This document shows, one piece after another, positions 1 through 9,039 of a stretch of DNA of 64,000 nucleotides. Each line of letters starts with the position of its first letter. The stretch's first letter is position 1. The stretch covers positions 269,020 through 333,019 of the forward strand of contig CAZAYU010000002.1 in NCBI GenBank assembly GCA_964489445.1. Reading direction: 5' to 3'. The notes under the pieces are model-generated. The model made no database searches. It worked only from the letters and a program-made list of their open reading frames with translations, and was not told where the DNA came from. Position numbers and translations under genes: made by a program. Source of the DNA: an uncultured Planctomycetia bacterium. Lineage in GTDB: Bacteria > Omnitrophota > Gorgyraeia > Duberdicusellales > 4484-171.

Positions 1-497
1 TTAAAATAGAAGTTGGCGGAGGTATTAGGTGTCAGAAAAAAGCTGAAGAGTTAATTACTTTGGGCGCTGAACGGGTAATAATAGGAACTAAAGCTGTGGA
101 AAAAAATTTCCTAAAGAAATTAATTAGTTCCTTGGGCGCGGATAAGGTTGCTGTTGGGGTCGATGCTTTGGAATCACAAATTGCTGTTAAAGGATGGAAA
201 GAAAAAACTAATTACTTAGTTTTAGATTTTATGCGAAATTTACAGGATATAGGGGTTAAATGGGTAATTTATACAGATATTTCTCGCGATGGGACGCTAA
301 AAGGGGTAAATTTGGCTTCTTTAAAGTGTTTTTCTTTATTTGATAAAATGAACATTATTGTTTCCGGAGGTGTGTCTTCCCTGGAGGACATCATAAGAAT
401 AAAAGAGGAGATCCCTTTTGCCAGAGGAATAATTACTGGAAAAGCGATATACGAGGGAAAGATTGACTTATCTGAAGCTATTAATGTTGTTAGCTAA
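1..497 (+). CDS. hisA: HisA-like phosphoribosylformimino-5-aminoimidazole carboxamide ribotide isomerase (3' part; 5' end outside window)
   Basis: The frame is open from the window edge. Upstream translation ...KIEVGGGIR... and the downstream VSGGVSSLEDI motif match the HisA/HisF (beta/alpha)8 barrel phosphate-binding motifs. Confidence 0.6.
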   Translation, partial: KIEVGGGIRCQKKAEELITLGAERVIIGTKAVEKNFLKKLISSLGADKVAVGVDALESQIAVKGWKEKTNYLVLDFMRNLQDIGVKWVIYTDISRDGTLKGVNLASLKCFSLFDKMNIIVSGGVSSLEDIIRIKEEIPFARGIITGKAIYEGKIDLSEAINVVS

Positions 498-540
498 TCA
501 GCGAGGACATAGTTTGTTCTTTCTCGGGGTTGATTAAATG

Positions 541-568
541 TTGACAATTTCTTGAAATGTGATATAAG
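541..568 (+). promoter_or_regulatory. Sigma70-type promoter for rplM-rpsI (TTGACA N16 TATAAG)
   Basis: TTGACA at 541-546 and TATAAG at 563-568, about 35 nt upstream of the rplM start. There is an SD-like AGGAGA before the ATG. Confidence 0.5.
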
Positions 569-603
569 AGTTTACGGAATAAGCGGAAATTTACAGGAGA
601 ATA

Positions 604-1029
604 ATGAAAAAAACTAAATTTTTCAACAAAGAAGAAAGGAAATGGCTGGTTATTGATGCTAAAGATAAAATATTAGGTAGGCTGGCGAGCCGAATAGCAA
701 AGATACTGCAAGGGAAAGATAAGGCAGTATATAGCCCTAATTTCCTTTGTGGAGACAGGATCCTAGTTATAAATGCAAAATACATTAGGTTTACGGGTAA
801 TAAGCTTAAGGATAAGGTTTATGATAAATATACTGGGTATCCTAGCGGACGAAAAGAAATGAAATTGGAAGTTTTGTTAGAAAAAAATTCAACTAAAGTT
901 TTACAATCAGCTGTTAAAGGAATGCTACCTAAAAGTAACTTAGGTAGTCAGATGCTAAAGTCACTATATGTTTACCCAGAGGGGGAGCATAAGCAACAGG
1001 CCCAACAACCGATAAAAATAGAGGTTTAA
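604..1029 (+). CDS. rplM: 50S ribosomal protein L13
   Basis: 141 aa with an N-terminal KTKFFNKEERKWLVIDAKDKILGRLAS typical of L13. Sits in the conserved rplM-rpsI pair. Confidence 0.9.
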   Translation: MKKTKFFNKEERKWLVIDAKDKILGRLASRIAKILQGKDKAVYSPNFLCGDRILVINAKYIRFTGNKLKDKVYDKYTGYPSGRKEMKLEVLLEKNSTKVLQSAVKGMLPKSNLGSQMLKSLYVYPEGEHKQQAQQPIKIEV

Positions 1030-1031
1030 AT

Positions 1032-1436
1032 ATGGATCAAAAAACAAATGAGTTATTTACAGCAACTGGCAGAAGGAAAAAAGCCGCAGCCTGTGTTAGA
1101 GTGCTATTGAAAGGAACCGGGAAAATTATCATTAACGGTAAAGAGTGTACAAAATACTTTTCGACTATCGATAATATTGTGGAAGTAAAAAAGCCTCTAC
1201 AGGTTGCCGAGCTAGAGGGAAAAATAGATATTTTTGCTAACGTGAAAGGAGGAGGAACAAGCGGCCAGGCAGGAGCAGTAAGCTTAGGAATTTCGCGTTG
1301 CTTAGTTGATTGGAACCCTCAGATCCGGTTTGCTTTAAGAAGAGAAGAGTTGCTTACCCGCGATCCCCGCGCAAAAGAAAGAAAAAAATATGGCCGTAAA
1401 GGTGCACGCCGCAGATTCCAATGGACTAAACGTTAG
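1032..1436 (+). CDS. rpsI: 30S ribosomal protein S9
   Basis: 134 aa with a C-terminal ...RDPRAKERKKYGRKGARRRFQWTKR typical of S9. Lies immediately after rplM. Confidence 0.9.
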   Translation: MDQKTNELFTATGRRKKAAACVRVLLKGTGKIIINGKECTKYFSTIDNIVEVKKPLQVAELEGKIDIFANVKGGGTSGQAGAVSLGISRCLVDWNPQIRFALRREELLTRDPRAKERKKYGRKGARRRFQWTKR

Positions 1437-1535
1437 TAAAAATCGAGTATAAAACTGCAACAGTCTGTGTATAAAAGCAGGTAAAAGGCTTGACAAATAC
1501 ATCTGCGTGCGTTAACGTATTTTACACTTGGAGGG

Positions 1536-2729
1536 ATGATTATGTTTGGTTCTGTTGAAGAAATTATAAGGGAAATAAAAAATAAAAAACCGGTAATTGT
1601 CGTTGATGATGAGCAAAGAGAGAATGAGGGTGATTTAGTTATAGCTGCTCAGTATGCTACTCCAGAAATTATAAATTTTATGATTACCGAGGGTAAAGGG
1701 TTAGTCTGTGTTCCCTTGGCTAAAAAAAGAATACTTGAACTAGGTTTGGAGCCGATGCATCACAATGAGGGCAGTGATCCGTTTCAAACTGCATGGAAAG
1801 TATCCGTAGATGCAAAAATAGGCACAACTACCGGCATTTCTGCTTTTGATCGTGCTAGGACTATAGAAGTTTTAATCAATGCAAAAAGTAAGAATGATGA
1901 CTTAATTAAGCCTGGTCATATTTTTCCTCTAGAGGCAAAGAACGGAGGAGTTTTGGTTAGGGCGGGGCACACAGAAGCCTCTGTAGATTTAGCAAGGCTA
2001 TCCGGGTTGTATCCAGCAGGAGTAATCTGTGAGATTATTACAGAAGATGGTTCAATGGCTAGATTGCCGGATTTAGTAAAGTTTGCTGAAAAGCATAAAT
2101 TAAAAATATGCAAGATATCTTCATTGATTGAATATCGAAGAAGAAAAGAAAAGTTAATTAAGCTTATTAGTAAGGTCAATCTACCTACTGACGATGGTTT
2201 GTTCCAATTATATCTTTATGAATCATTAGTTGACGGATGCCAACATTTAGCTTTAGTTAGTGGAAACATTGAGAAACAGCCAGTTGTTGTTCGGGTTCAT
2301 TCAGAATGTTTAACAGGTGATGTATTTATGTCTCGCAGATGTGATTGTGGTAGCCAGCTTCGTAAAGCTTTAAAGATTATTGGAAAAGAGTCAGGGGTGT
2401 TACTTTATATGCGGCAAGAAGGAAGAGGAATAGGGCTTAAAAATAAAATCGATGCCTACAGCTTACAGGAGAAAGGAGCAGATACTGTAGAAGCTAATTT
2501 AATGTTAGGGTTTGCTCCAGACTTAAGAGATTATGGTATTGGAGCACAAATACTTATTGATTTAGGAGTAAGGAAACTTAAGCTTTTAACTAATAATCCT
2601 AAAAAAATTATTGGTTTAGAAGGATATGGGCTAGAAATTACTGAGCGTGTACCAATCAAAATAGATCCTTGCGCAGAAAATAGTTATTATATGGAGACGA
2701 AAAGAAAAAAAATGAATCATCTGCTTTAA
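1536..2729 (+). CDS. ribBA: Bifunctional 3,4-dihydroxy-2-butanone-4-phosphate synthase / GTP cyclohydrolase II
   Basis: 397 aa. The N-terminal half carries the DHBP synthase motifs ([28 protein letters not shown]). The C-terminal half carries the GTP cyclohydrolase II zinc motif ([18 protein letters not shown]) and [10 protein letters not shown]. Confidence 0.9.
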   Translation: MIMFGSVEEIIREIKNKKPVIVVDDEQRENEGDLVIAAQYATPEIINFMITEGKGLVCVPLAKKRILELGLEPMHHNEGSDPFQTAWKVSVDAKIGTTTGISAFDRARTIEVLINAKSKNDDLIKPGHIFPLEAKNGGVLVRAGHTEASVDLARLSGLYPAGVICEIITEDGSMARLPDLVKFAEKHKLKICKISSLIEYRRRKEKLIKLISKVNLPTDDGLFQLYLYESLVDGCQHLALVSGNIEKQPVVVRVHSECLTGDVFMSRRCDCGSQLRKALKIIGKESGVLLYMRQEGRGIGLKNKIDAYSLQEKGADTVEANLMLGFAPDLRDYGIGAQILIDLGVRKLKLLTNNPKKIIGLEGYGLEITERVPIKIDPCAENSYYMETKRKKMNHLL

Positions 2730-2834
2730 ACCTATATTATTAGGTACTAATAAAGATATTTGAAGAGTAGCAATAACGATAAAGAGTAATAATTGGTCAT
2801 TAGTTAAAGAGAGTACAAGAAGGAGGCATTAGCA

Positions 2835-3293
2835 ATGAAGGAAATTAGAGGTAATTTTTCTGGTCAGGGTAAAAGAATTGCTATATGTGTTTCACGATTT
2901 AACGAATTCATTAGCAATCAATTATTCCAAGGATGTATTGATACACTAAAGAAATCTGGTGTAGAAGATAAGGATATATTGGTTATTTGGACTCCTGGCG
3001 CTTTTGAAATACCACAAGTAATTAGTAAATTAAAAGCTAATAAATTTGATGCAGTTATTGCATTAGGTGCAATAATCAGAGGAGAGACACCTCATTTTGA
3101 CTACATTGCTTCTGAAGTTTCTAAAGGTGTTTCTCGTTGTTCTCAAGAAAAGGCTATGCCGGTAGTTTTCGGAATTATTACTGCAGATACCTTAGACCAG
3201 GCTATTGAAAGATCTGGAATAAAACAGGGGAATAAAGGCAGAGATGCTGCGTTAACAGCTTTAGAAATGATTGCTATCTATATCCAACTTTAA
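2835..3293 (+). CDS. ribH: 6,7-dimethyl-8-ribityllumazine synthase
   Basis: 152 aa with IAICVSRFNEFI...LGAIIRGETPHFDYIASEVSKG, the canonical lumazine synthase pattern. Confidence 0.9.
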   Translation: MKEIRGNFSGQGKRIAICVSRFNEFISNQLFQGCIDTLKKSGVEDKDILVIWTPGAFEIPQVISKLKANKFDAVIALGAIIRGETPHFDYIASEVSKGVSRCSQEKAMPVVFGIITADTLDQAIERSGIKQGNKGRDAALTALEMIAIYIQL

Positions 3294-3394
3294 TTGTTTA
3301 CGGAGTAGATTCAGAGAATATTCATCGCAGAATATTGATTTATTTTTAGGAAAACATCAATAAATTTCCACACAATGTTGTTTAAAATAAAAGC

Positions 3395-3820
3395 ATGCGT
3401 CTAAGGACAAAAGCCCGGGAGATTGCCTTAGCCCTTCTTTATCAGGTAGAGCTTTCCCATGTCGATTATAATCTAGCCTTCCAGAATTATTTAAAAAATT
3501 ATCCACAAAATCAAAAAATAGCTGATTTCTCTATTTTGCTGCTAGAGGGTGTGCTAAATAATATCGATAGTATTGATTCCTTGATAAAAGAATACGCGCA
3601 GAATTGGGATATCGGACGGATGGCAGTAGTTGACCGGAATATTCTAAGAATTGCTTCCCTTGAACTAATTTTTTTAAAAGACATTCCTCCCAAAGTATCG
3701 ATTAATGAAGCTATAGAGATAGCTAAGCGTTTTGGCGATATCGATTCTCCGCGCTTTGTTAATGGTGTCTTAGATAAAATGTATAAAATGCAAACAAAAC
3801 GTATCCATAATAAAACATAG
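3395..3820 (+). CDS. nusB: Transcription antitermination factor NusB
   Basis: 141 aa. REIALALLYQVEL and the C-terminal ...INEAIEIAKRFGDIDSPRFVNGVLDKM match NusB. The position downstream of ribH is the classic one. Confidence 0.85.
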   Translation: MRLRTKAREIALALLYQVELSHVDYNLAFQNYLKNYPQNQKIADFSILLLEGVLNNIDSIDSLIKEYAQNWDIGRMAVVDRNILRIASLELIFLKDIPPKVSINEAIEIAKRFGDIDSPRFVNGVLDKMYKMQTKRIHNKT

Positions 3821-3835
3821 AGAGAATTTTAAAAA

Positions 3836-4669
3836 ATGGAAGAACAAAGATGTGACTTGCATATCCATTCTAATTTTTCAGACAGTGACGCTACTGTTGA
3901 AAGTATTTTTAGAGAAGCTTCCGAAAAAAAAATATTTTGTCTTTCAATAACTGATCATGATACTGTTGAGAATGTAAACCAGGCACGTACTTACAGTAAG
4001 GCTTACAACGTTGGACTAATTGAAGGAATAGAATTGAGTGCTCAGCATCAGGATACAGAAATACATATTTTAGGTTATTTTTCTGATGCGGAAAACAGTG
4101 ATTTAAAAAAAGAATTAGTATTTTTAAAAAAGCTTAGAGAAGAAAGAATAATTTGTATGGCAGAAAAATTAAATTCCTTAGGAGTGTTTGTGGATGTAAA
4201 AGAATTATTTACAGATATGAGAGGCGCGATCCCTACTCGTCTGCATCTTGGTCTATATTTACTGAGAAAAAAGCACGTTTCTTCTTTAAGGCAAGCTTTT
4301 AGCAAGTATTTATCTCCAGGGAAACCAGCTTACAAATCACGGTTTAAATTTTCTGTAAGAGAGGCTATTGAATTTATTAAAAAATTTGGTGGGATATCAT
4401 TTTTAGCTCATCCGCATATAATTCCTTATCAATCTTGGATAGAAGAATTTATTTCATTGGGCGTTAACGGTTTAGAGGTAGTTTATCATAATATGTCTCA
4501 AAGGAAAAAAATACTTTATGAAGGTATCGTCCAGAAAAATAAATTGTTAAGAAGTGGTGGTTCTGATGCACACGGGAGTTATAAAGAATTTACACAGATT
4601 GGTTCGGTAACCGTGCCTTATGATTGGGCTAACAAGATAAAGGAATGTCTAAAGACTCTTACTACATAA
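3836..4669 (+). CDS. PHP-domain metal-dependent phosphoesterase (TrpH/YciV-like)
   Basis: 277 aa with an N-terminal CDLHIHSNFSDSDAT...ITDHDT histidinol-phosphatase-like motif and GGSDAHG near the C-terminus. Confidence 0.7.
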   Translation: MEEQRCDLHIHSNFSDSDATVESIFREASEKKIFCLSITDHDTVENVNQARTYSKAYNVGLIEGIELSAQHQDTEIHILGYFSDAENSDLKKELVFLKKLREERIICMAEKLNSLGVFVDVKELFTDMRGAIPTRLHLGLYLLRKKHVSSLRQAFSKYLSPGKPAYKSRFKFSVREAIEFIKKFGGISFLAHPHIIPYQSWIEEFISLGVNGLEVVYHNMSQRKKILYEGIVQKNKLLRSGGSDAHGSYKEFTQIGSVTVPYDWANKIKECLKTLTT

Positions 4670-5730
4670 AAGAGACTTTTAAATTAGCTAGAAAAGGAGA
4701 AGGTTACACTTCGCCTAATCCGTTAGTTGGAGCAGTTATTGTCAAAGATAATAAAATTGTAGCCAAAGGATACCACAAATGTAGCGGGTTTCCTCATGCG
4801 GAGATAGAAGCGATTCGGAAAGCAAAAATAGACTTAAACGGTTCTATCTTGTATGTTAATTTAGAACCGTGCTGCCATTTTAACAAGACGCCTCCCTGTG
4901 TAGACGAAATCATTAAACAAAAGATTAAAAGAGTTGTTGTCTCTACTGTTGACCCAAATCCTCAGGTGAATGGCAAATCCATAAGAAAACTCAGAAAAGC
5001 AGGCATTGAAGTAAAGGTTGGAGTATTAGCCGAGGAAGCAAAAAAATTGAATGAAGTATTTTTTAAAAATATGCAGTTGGGCAGACCATTTGTTGTTGTT
5101 AAAGTAGCACAGAGCTTAGACGGAAAAATTGCAACATTTAAAGGACAGTCAAAATGGATCACCAGCGTTGCAAGCAGAGAATATAGTCGTTTATTACGTG
5201 ATAAATATGATTGCGTGTTAGTTGGAGCAAATACTTTTAAACAAGATAATCCTTGTTTAAACGGCACCAAGAAGGTCCCCTATAAAGCAATTATTTCTAC
5301 TAAATTAAAAATTCCCGCTGATTCTCATATATTAAAAAAGACTCCGGAAAAATTAATTATCTTTACTTCATCGCAAAACAAAGAAATACTAAATAGCGTT
5401 TCTTCTCCAAGCTTTCTATTTTTTTTAAAAGAAAATCGAGGAGAGCTGTCTTTAAAGCGCATTCTAAAGCTTCTTTATAAGATGGGAATATGTTCTGTAT
5501 TTATTGAAGGAGGATCAAGCGTTGTCGGAAGCTTTTTTTCAAGCAAGTTAGTAGACAAAGTTTATTTTTTTATTGCACCTAAAATTATTGGTGGTGATCA
5601 TGCTTTAAGCTCGGTCGGAGGTAGAGGATCCCCACATTTAAAGTTATGTTCAAGTATAAAAAAAATGGAAATTAAATTTATCGATGATGATATTTTAATT
5701 GTTGGTGATTTTTGTTCTTCTTCGCGATGA
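4645..5730 (+). CDS. ribD: Bifunctional riboflavin biosynthesis deaminase/reductase
   Basis: 361 aa. It has the cytidine/dCMP deaminase zinc motif (HAEIEAI...PCCHFNKTPPC), followed by a RibD C-terminal reductase-like domain. Overlaps the upstream PHP gene by 25 nt. Confidence 0.85.
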   Translation: MSKDSYYIKETFKLARKGEGYTSPNPLVGAVIVKDNKIVAKGYHKCSGFPHAEIEAIRKAKIDLNGSILYVNLEPCCHFNKTPPCVDEIIKQKIKRVVVSTVDPNPQVNGKSIRKLRKAGIEVKVGVLAEEAKKLNEVFFKNMQLGRPFVVVKVAQSLDGKIATFKGQSKWITSVASREYSRLLRDKYDCVLVGANTFKQDNPCLNGTKKVPYKAIISTKLKIPADSHILKKTPEKLIIFTSSQNKEILNSVSSPSFLFFLKENRGELSLKRILKLLYKMGICSVFIEGGSSVVGSFFSSKLVDKVYFFIAPKIIGGDHALSSVGGRGSPHLKLCSSIKKMEIKFIDDDILIVGDFCSSSR

Positions 5731-5893
5731 ACTTTTAAATAGGAGTAAAATTGCTATAAATAAGGATGGCTATTCTTATGAGGCAGCTAAGATATTTTTT
5801 TAGTGTTAAATATACAATTTTGAAAATATCTCACAATAAGTAATTGTCTTTTAATTTTTCCATAATCTTCAAAAATAAATTCCTTAGTATCCA

Positions 5894-8800
5894 GTGAATA
5901 AGAAAGAAGATAACTATCTCAATGAGCTTTTGCAATCGGTTGTGGTAGAGGCTTCGGCTGGTTCAGGAAAGACTTATATCTTAGCCCGGCGCTATGTCCA
6001 GCTTCTTTTGTATGCTTTTGTGAATCGTGAACAGCATTGCCTGAGGAGTATCTTAGCCATTACTTTTACCAACAAAGCAGCTTTTGAAATGAAGAGTAGG
6101 ATTTTAGAGCTTTTAAAATCATTGGCTTTGTGTCTTCCTTCTGACGATGATAAAAGAATAAATCTCTCATTAGCTTTAAACAGCAACCCGGATATTCTTA
6201 AGAAGCATGCAAGATGTATCGTTGATGAAATAATTAGAAACTATAATTTTTTCCAAGTGAAAACAATAGATAGTTTTATCAATGCTCTCCTTGCAGGCTC
6301 TGTTTTAAGCATAAAACGCTCAGCTAATTTTCATATAAAAAGAGACTATCGGCAACAACTTAAGTTTTGCTTGGATTTAGTTATTGATAAGGCAGCAGAA
6401 GATGCTGATGTATTTAATTTTTTCCAGGAATTTTTAAAGCATTATCTTTTTGTTGAAAATAGGACAGGCTGGTTTCCTAAGGAAGACATTTTAGGGTTTC
6501 TTAGTCTTTTATTTATGTTGAGTAATATATATGGCGAATCATTTGGAGTTTATGATGGCAATGGCGGTGAAGTAATAGCTACAAAAAAAGATATTTATAT
6601 GCAGATCAATAAAATTGCCGAGCAGTTACCCGAGGGAATAAATGCTAATGCAAGAAAAAGTATAATTTTATTTCTTAATAATAACGGTCCGATATTTGAT
6701 ATAGCTAATTTACCTTCTGTTTTTAAAAAAACTATAATTCCGATTAATAAAAATAAATATTATTCTCCTTCTTTTGCAAAATTATGGAAAAGCGTTAGCC
6801 AGCAATTAGTTCAGCTAGTTGAGTTGGAGTCAGTAGTTGTTTGCAATCCGTATATTAATGTGTTCCGGGAAGTTACCAAATTTTTTCAGCATGTTTCTCA
6901 GGACTATAATTTATTATTTTTAGAGGAGCTTAATAAGCAGGCCAGATTTATTTTTAGCAGCGAAGATATAACTGTTGCGGATATTTATTATCGTTTGGCG
7001 GGACGCTTTCGTCACTATTTAATTGATGAATTTCAAGACACAAGCATTCTTCAATGGCGTAATTTAGAGGTAATAGTTGAAGATGCTTTATCCTGCGGTG
7101 GCACTCTTTTCTGCGTAGGTGATCGTAAGCAAGCAATTTATCGGTTTAGGGGAGGAGACGCACGGCTATTTGATACCGTAAGAAAACAGTTTTCCCATTT
7201 TAGCTTAGAGTCAAAATCATTGACTAAAAATTGGCGTAGCCAGAAAGAAATAGTTAAATTTAATAATTGTGTTTTTTCTCAGGAGAATCTTGTCAATGCC
7301 TTTCGGTCTTGGGAAATTCCTGGAGAATTAGCGGGCAGTTTAGATTTTGAAAAGGATATTATTAAGACATTTGAAGGTGCTGTCCAGGAATACAAGGAAG
7401 AAAATTGTTATGGTTATGTGGAGGTAGAAAGGCTTGAGGAAAAAAATCAGACAGAGAGAAATTCCATGGCTAAAGGAAAAGTTTTGAATTTAGTTAAGGA
7501 TTTAAGCAAGCGGTTTTGTCTTCAAGATATTGCTATTCTTGCGCGTGATAATAATGAAGTTGAGCTGTTTACTTCCTGGTGTTTGTCGGAAGGATACTCT
7601 GTTGATTCAGAAAAAACATTAAATGTTTTGGAGAATTATTTAATAAAAGGAATCATTTCTTTCCTGGAATCTTTATATTCTCCCTTAAATGATCTGCATT
7701 TTGCTTTATTTCTACTGTCTGATTTTTTTATTCAGGCATCTGAGATATCTTTTGAAAGAATTAGCGATTTTATTTTTGATTGTAATGAGAAAAGGAAGAG
7801 GACGAAGGATACTCCATTGTATCGACTGTTTCAGGAGTCTTTTCCTTGGCATTGGAAACAATATATAAATGAATTCTCCAATATTGTTGGAGTAGTTCCT
7901 CCATATGAGTTGGTAGTTAGCATCTATCGACAGTTTGCGGTATCTAAAAAATTTAAAGATAACCAGGTATTTTTTATGAAGTTTCTGGAGTTAATTAAAA
8001 CTAAGGAAGATGAATTTATTGGATTAGGGGATTTATTGCTGTACTTTAAAAATGCTTCCGGGGAAGAATTATATGTTGATTCTGGTCGAAGTGATTCGAT
8101 TAAAATTTTAACCGTTCATAAATCTAAAGGGCTTGAGTTTCCGGTAGTAATTATTCCTTTTCTGCGCTTAGATGTTAATGCGGCCATAGGAGGCAAAGGC
8201 AGTAACTTTTATTTATTTGAAATGAGTAATAAAAAATTAGGTCTTTTAAAGATTACAAAAAAATATTTAGCGTATTCGAAAAAACTAAGGAATATATATG
8301 CCAGGTACTATAAACTTGCTTGTATTGATGAGCTTAATAGCATGTATGTTGCGTTAACCAGAAGTCAACTAGAGTTGTATATTTTTATTCCTAAAAAAAG
8401 TGCTTCTAGCAAAAATAAAGCTTGTTTTATTATACCAGAGGGGACACCTAGTAAAGGCAGAAAAAGATGTTACCCCGAAGGAAAAAAAATCATTCAACCG
8501 TTTAAGGAAATCGTTCCATTGCGTACACAAGATTGGGTACTTTTGATTAAGGAAGAATTTAAGAAAGCAGAGCAGAAAATTCAAAGCCAGCAAGTAATTG
8601 ATGGGTTAATTCTGCATGGATTATTTTCTCGGATTGGCAATTGTGTTGGTGAGGATATCGATGTTATTATTAATTCCGCGTTTGATTATGTTAAGCCTTA
8701 TTTTTTATTTCCTCAGCCGATAGAATTCTATAAAAATAAGGTAAGAGAAACACTAGAAAACAAAAGATTCGCGGATATTTTTTATGTTTTCGATGGGGAT

Positions 8801-9037
8801 GTGTACTGTGAGCAAGAAGTAGTTAACAGGTATGGGGACTTAAAAAGAATCGATCGGGTTGTTGTTCGAAATAAACAAATTGTAGGTATTGAATATAAGA
8901 CTTCTTATGAAAAAAAAGAACAACACACAAAGCAAATAACTGAATACCAAAACATCCTAAAGGAGTTGTATCCTGCGCGGGAAGTTAAAGCGTGCATTAT
9001 TTACTTGGATACAATGCAATTAGAGGCGGTAGCATAG
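5894..9037 (+). CDS. addA: ATP-dependent helicase/nuclease subunit A (UvrD-like helicase with C-terminal PD-(D/E)XK nuclease)
   Basis: 1047 aa. Walker A EASAGSGKTY and UvrD/Rep motifs (DEFQDTS, TVHKSKGLEFP) are present. The C-terminal RIDRVVV...GIEYKT nuclease motif is present. It is followed by addB. Confidence 0.8.
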   Translation: MNKKEDNYLNELLQSVVVEASAGSGKTYILARRYVQLLLYAFVNREQHCLRSILAITFTNKAAFEMKSRILELLKSLALCLPSDDDKRINLSLALNSNPDILKKHARCIVDEIIRNYNFFQVKTIDSFINALLAGSVLSIKRSANFHIKRDYRQQLKFCLDLVIDKAAEDADVFNFFQEFLKHYLFVENRTGWFPKEDILGFLSLLFMLSNIYGESFGVYDGNGGEVIATKKDIYMQINKIAEQLPEGINANARKSIILFLNNNGPIFDIANLPSVFKKTIIPINKNKYYSPSFAKLWKSVSQQLVQLVELESVVVCNPYINVFREVTKFFQHVSQDYNLLFLEELNKQARFIFSSEDITVADIYYRLAGRFRHYLIDEFQDTSILQWRNLEVIVEDALSCGGTLFCVGDRKQAIYRFRGGDARLFDTVRKQFSHFSLESKSLTKNWRSQKEIVKFNNCVFSQENLVNAFRSWEIPGELAGSLDFEKDIIKTFEGAVQEYKEENCYGYVEVERLEEKNQTERNSMAKGKVLNLVKDLSKRFCLQDIAILARDNNEVELFTSWCLSEGYSVDSEKTLNVLENYLIKGIISFLESLYSPLNDLHFALFLLSDFFIQASEISFERISDFIFDCNEKRKRTKDTPLYRLFQESFPWHWKQYINEFSNIVGVVPPYELVVSIYRQFAVSKKFKDNQVFFMKFLELIKTKEDEFIGLGDLLLYFKNASGEELYVDSGRSDSIKILTVHKSKGLEFPVVIIPFLRLDVNAAIGGKGSNFYLFEMSNKKLGLLKITKKYLAYSKKLRNIYARYYKLACIDELNSMYVALTRSQLELYIFIPKKSASSKNKACFIIPEGTPSKGRKRCYPEGKKIIQPFKEIVPLRTQDWVLLIKEEFKKAEQKIQSQQVIDGLILHGLFSRIGNCVGEDIDVIINSAFDYVKPYFLFPQPIEFYKNKVRETLENKRFADIFYVFDGDVYCEQEVVNRYGDLKRIDRVVVRNKQIVGIEYKTSYEKKEQHTKQITEYQNILKELYPAREVKACIIYLDTMQLEAVA

Positions 9038-9039
9038 GT

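Noticed and set aside
591-785. Antisense ORFs inside well-supported genes (e.g. 591-785, 1916-2179, 4962-5270, 13200-13421, 28527-28931, 53643-56429 plus-strand set inside the RND gene)
   Set aside because: They are embedded opposite strongly supported coding sequences in an AT-rich genome where random ORFs are frequent. None has a convincing RBS or family signature.
1437-1535. FMN riboswitch upstream of ribBA
   Set aside because: The leader is only about 100 nt and lacks the conserved RFN element core. It has a promoter-like TTGACA and an SD only.
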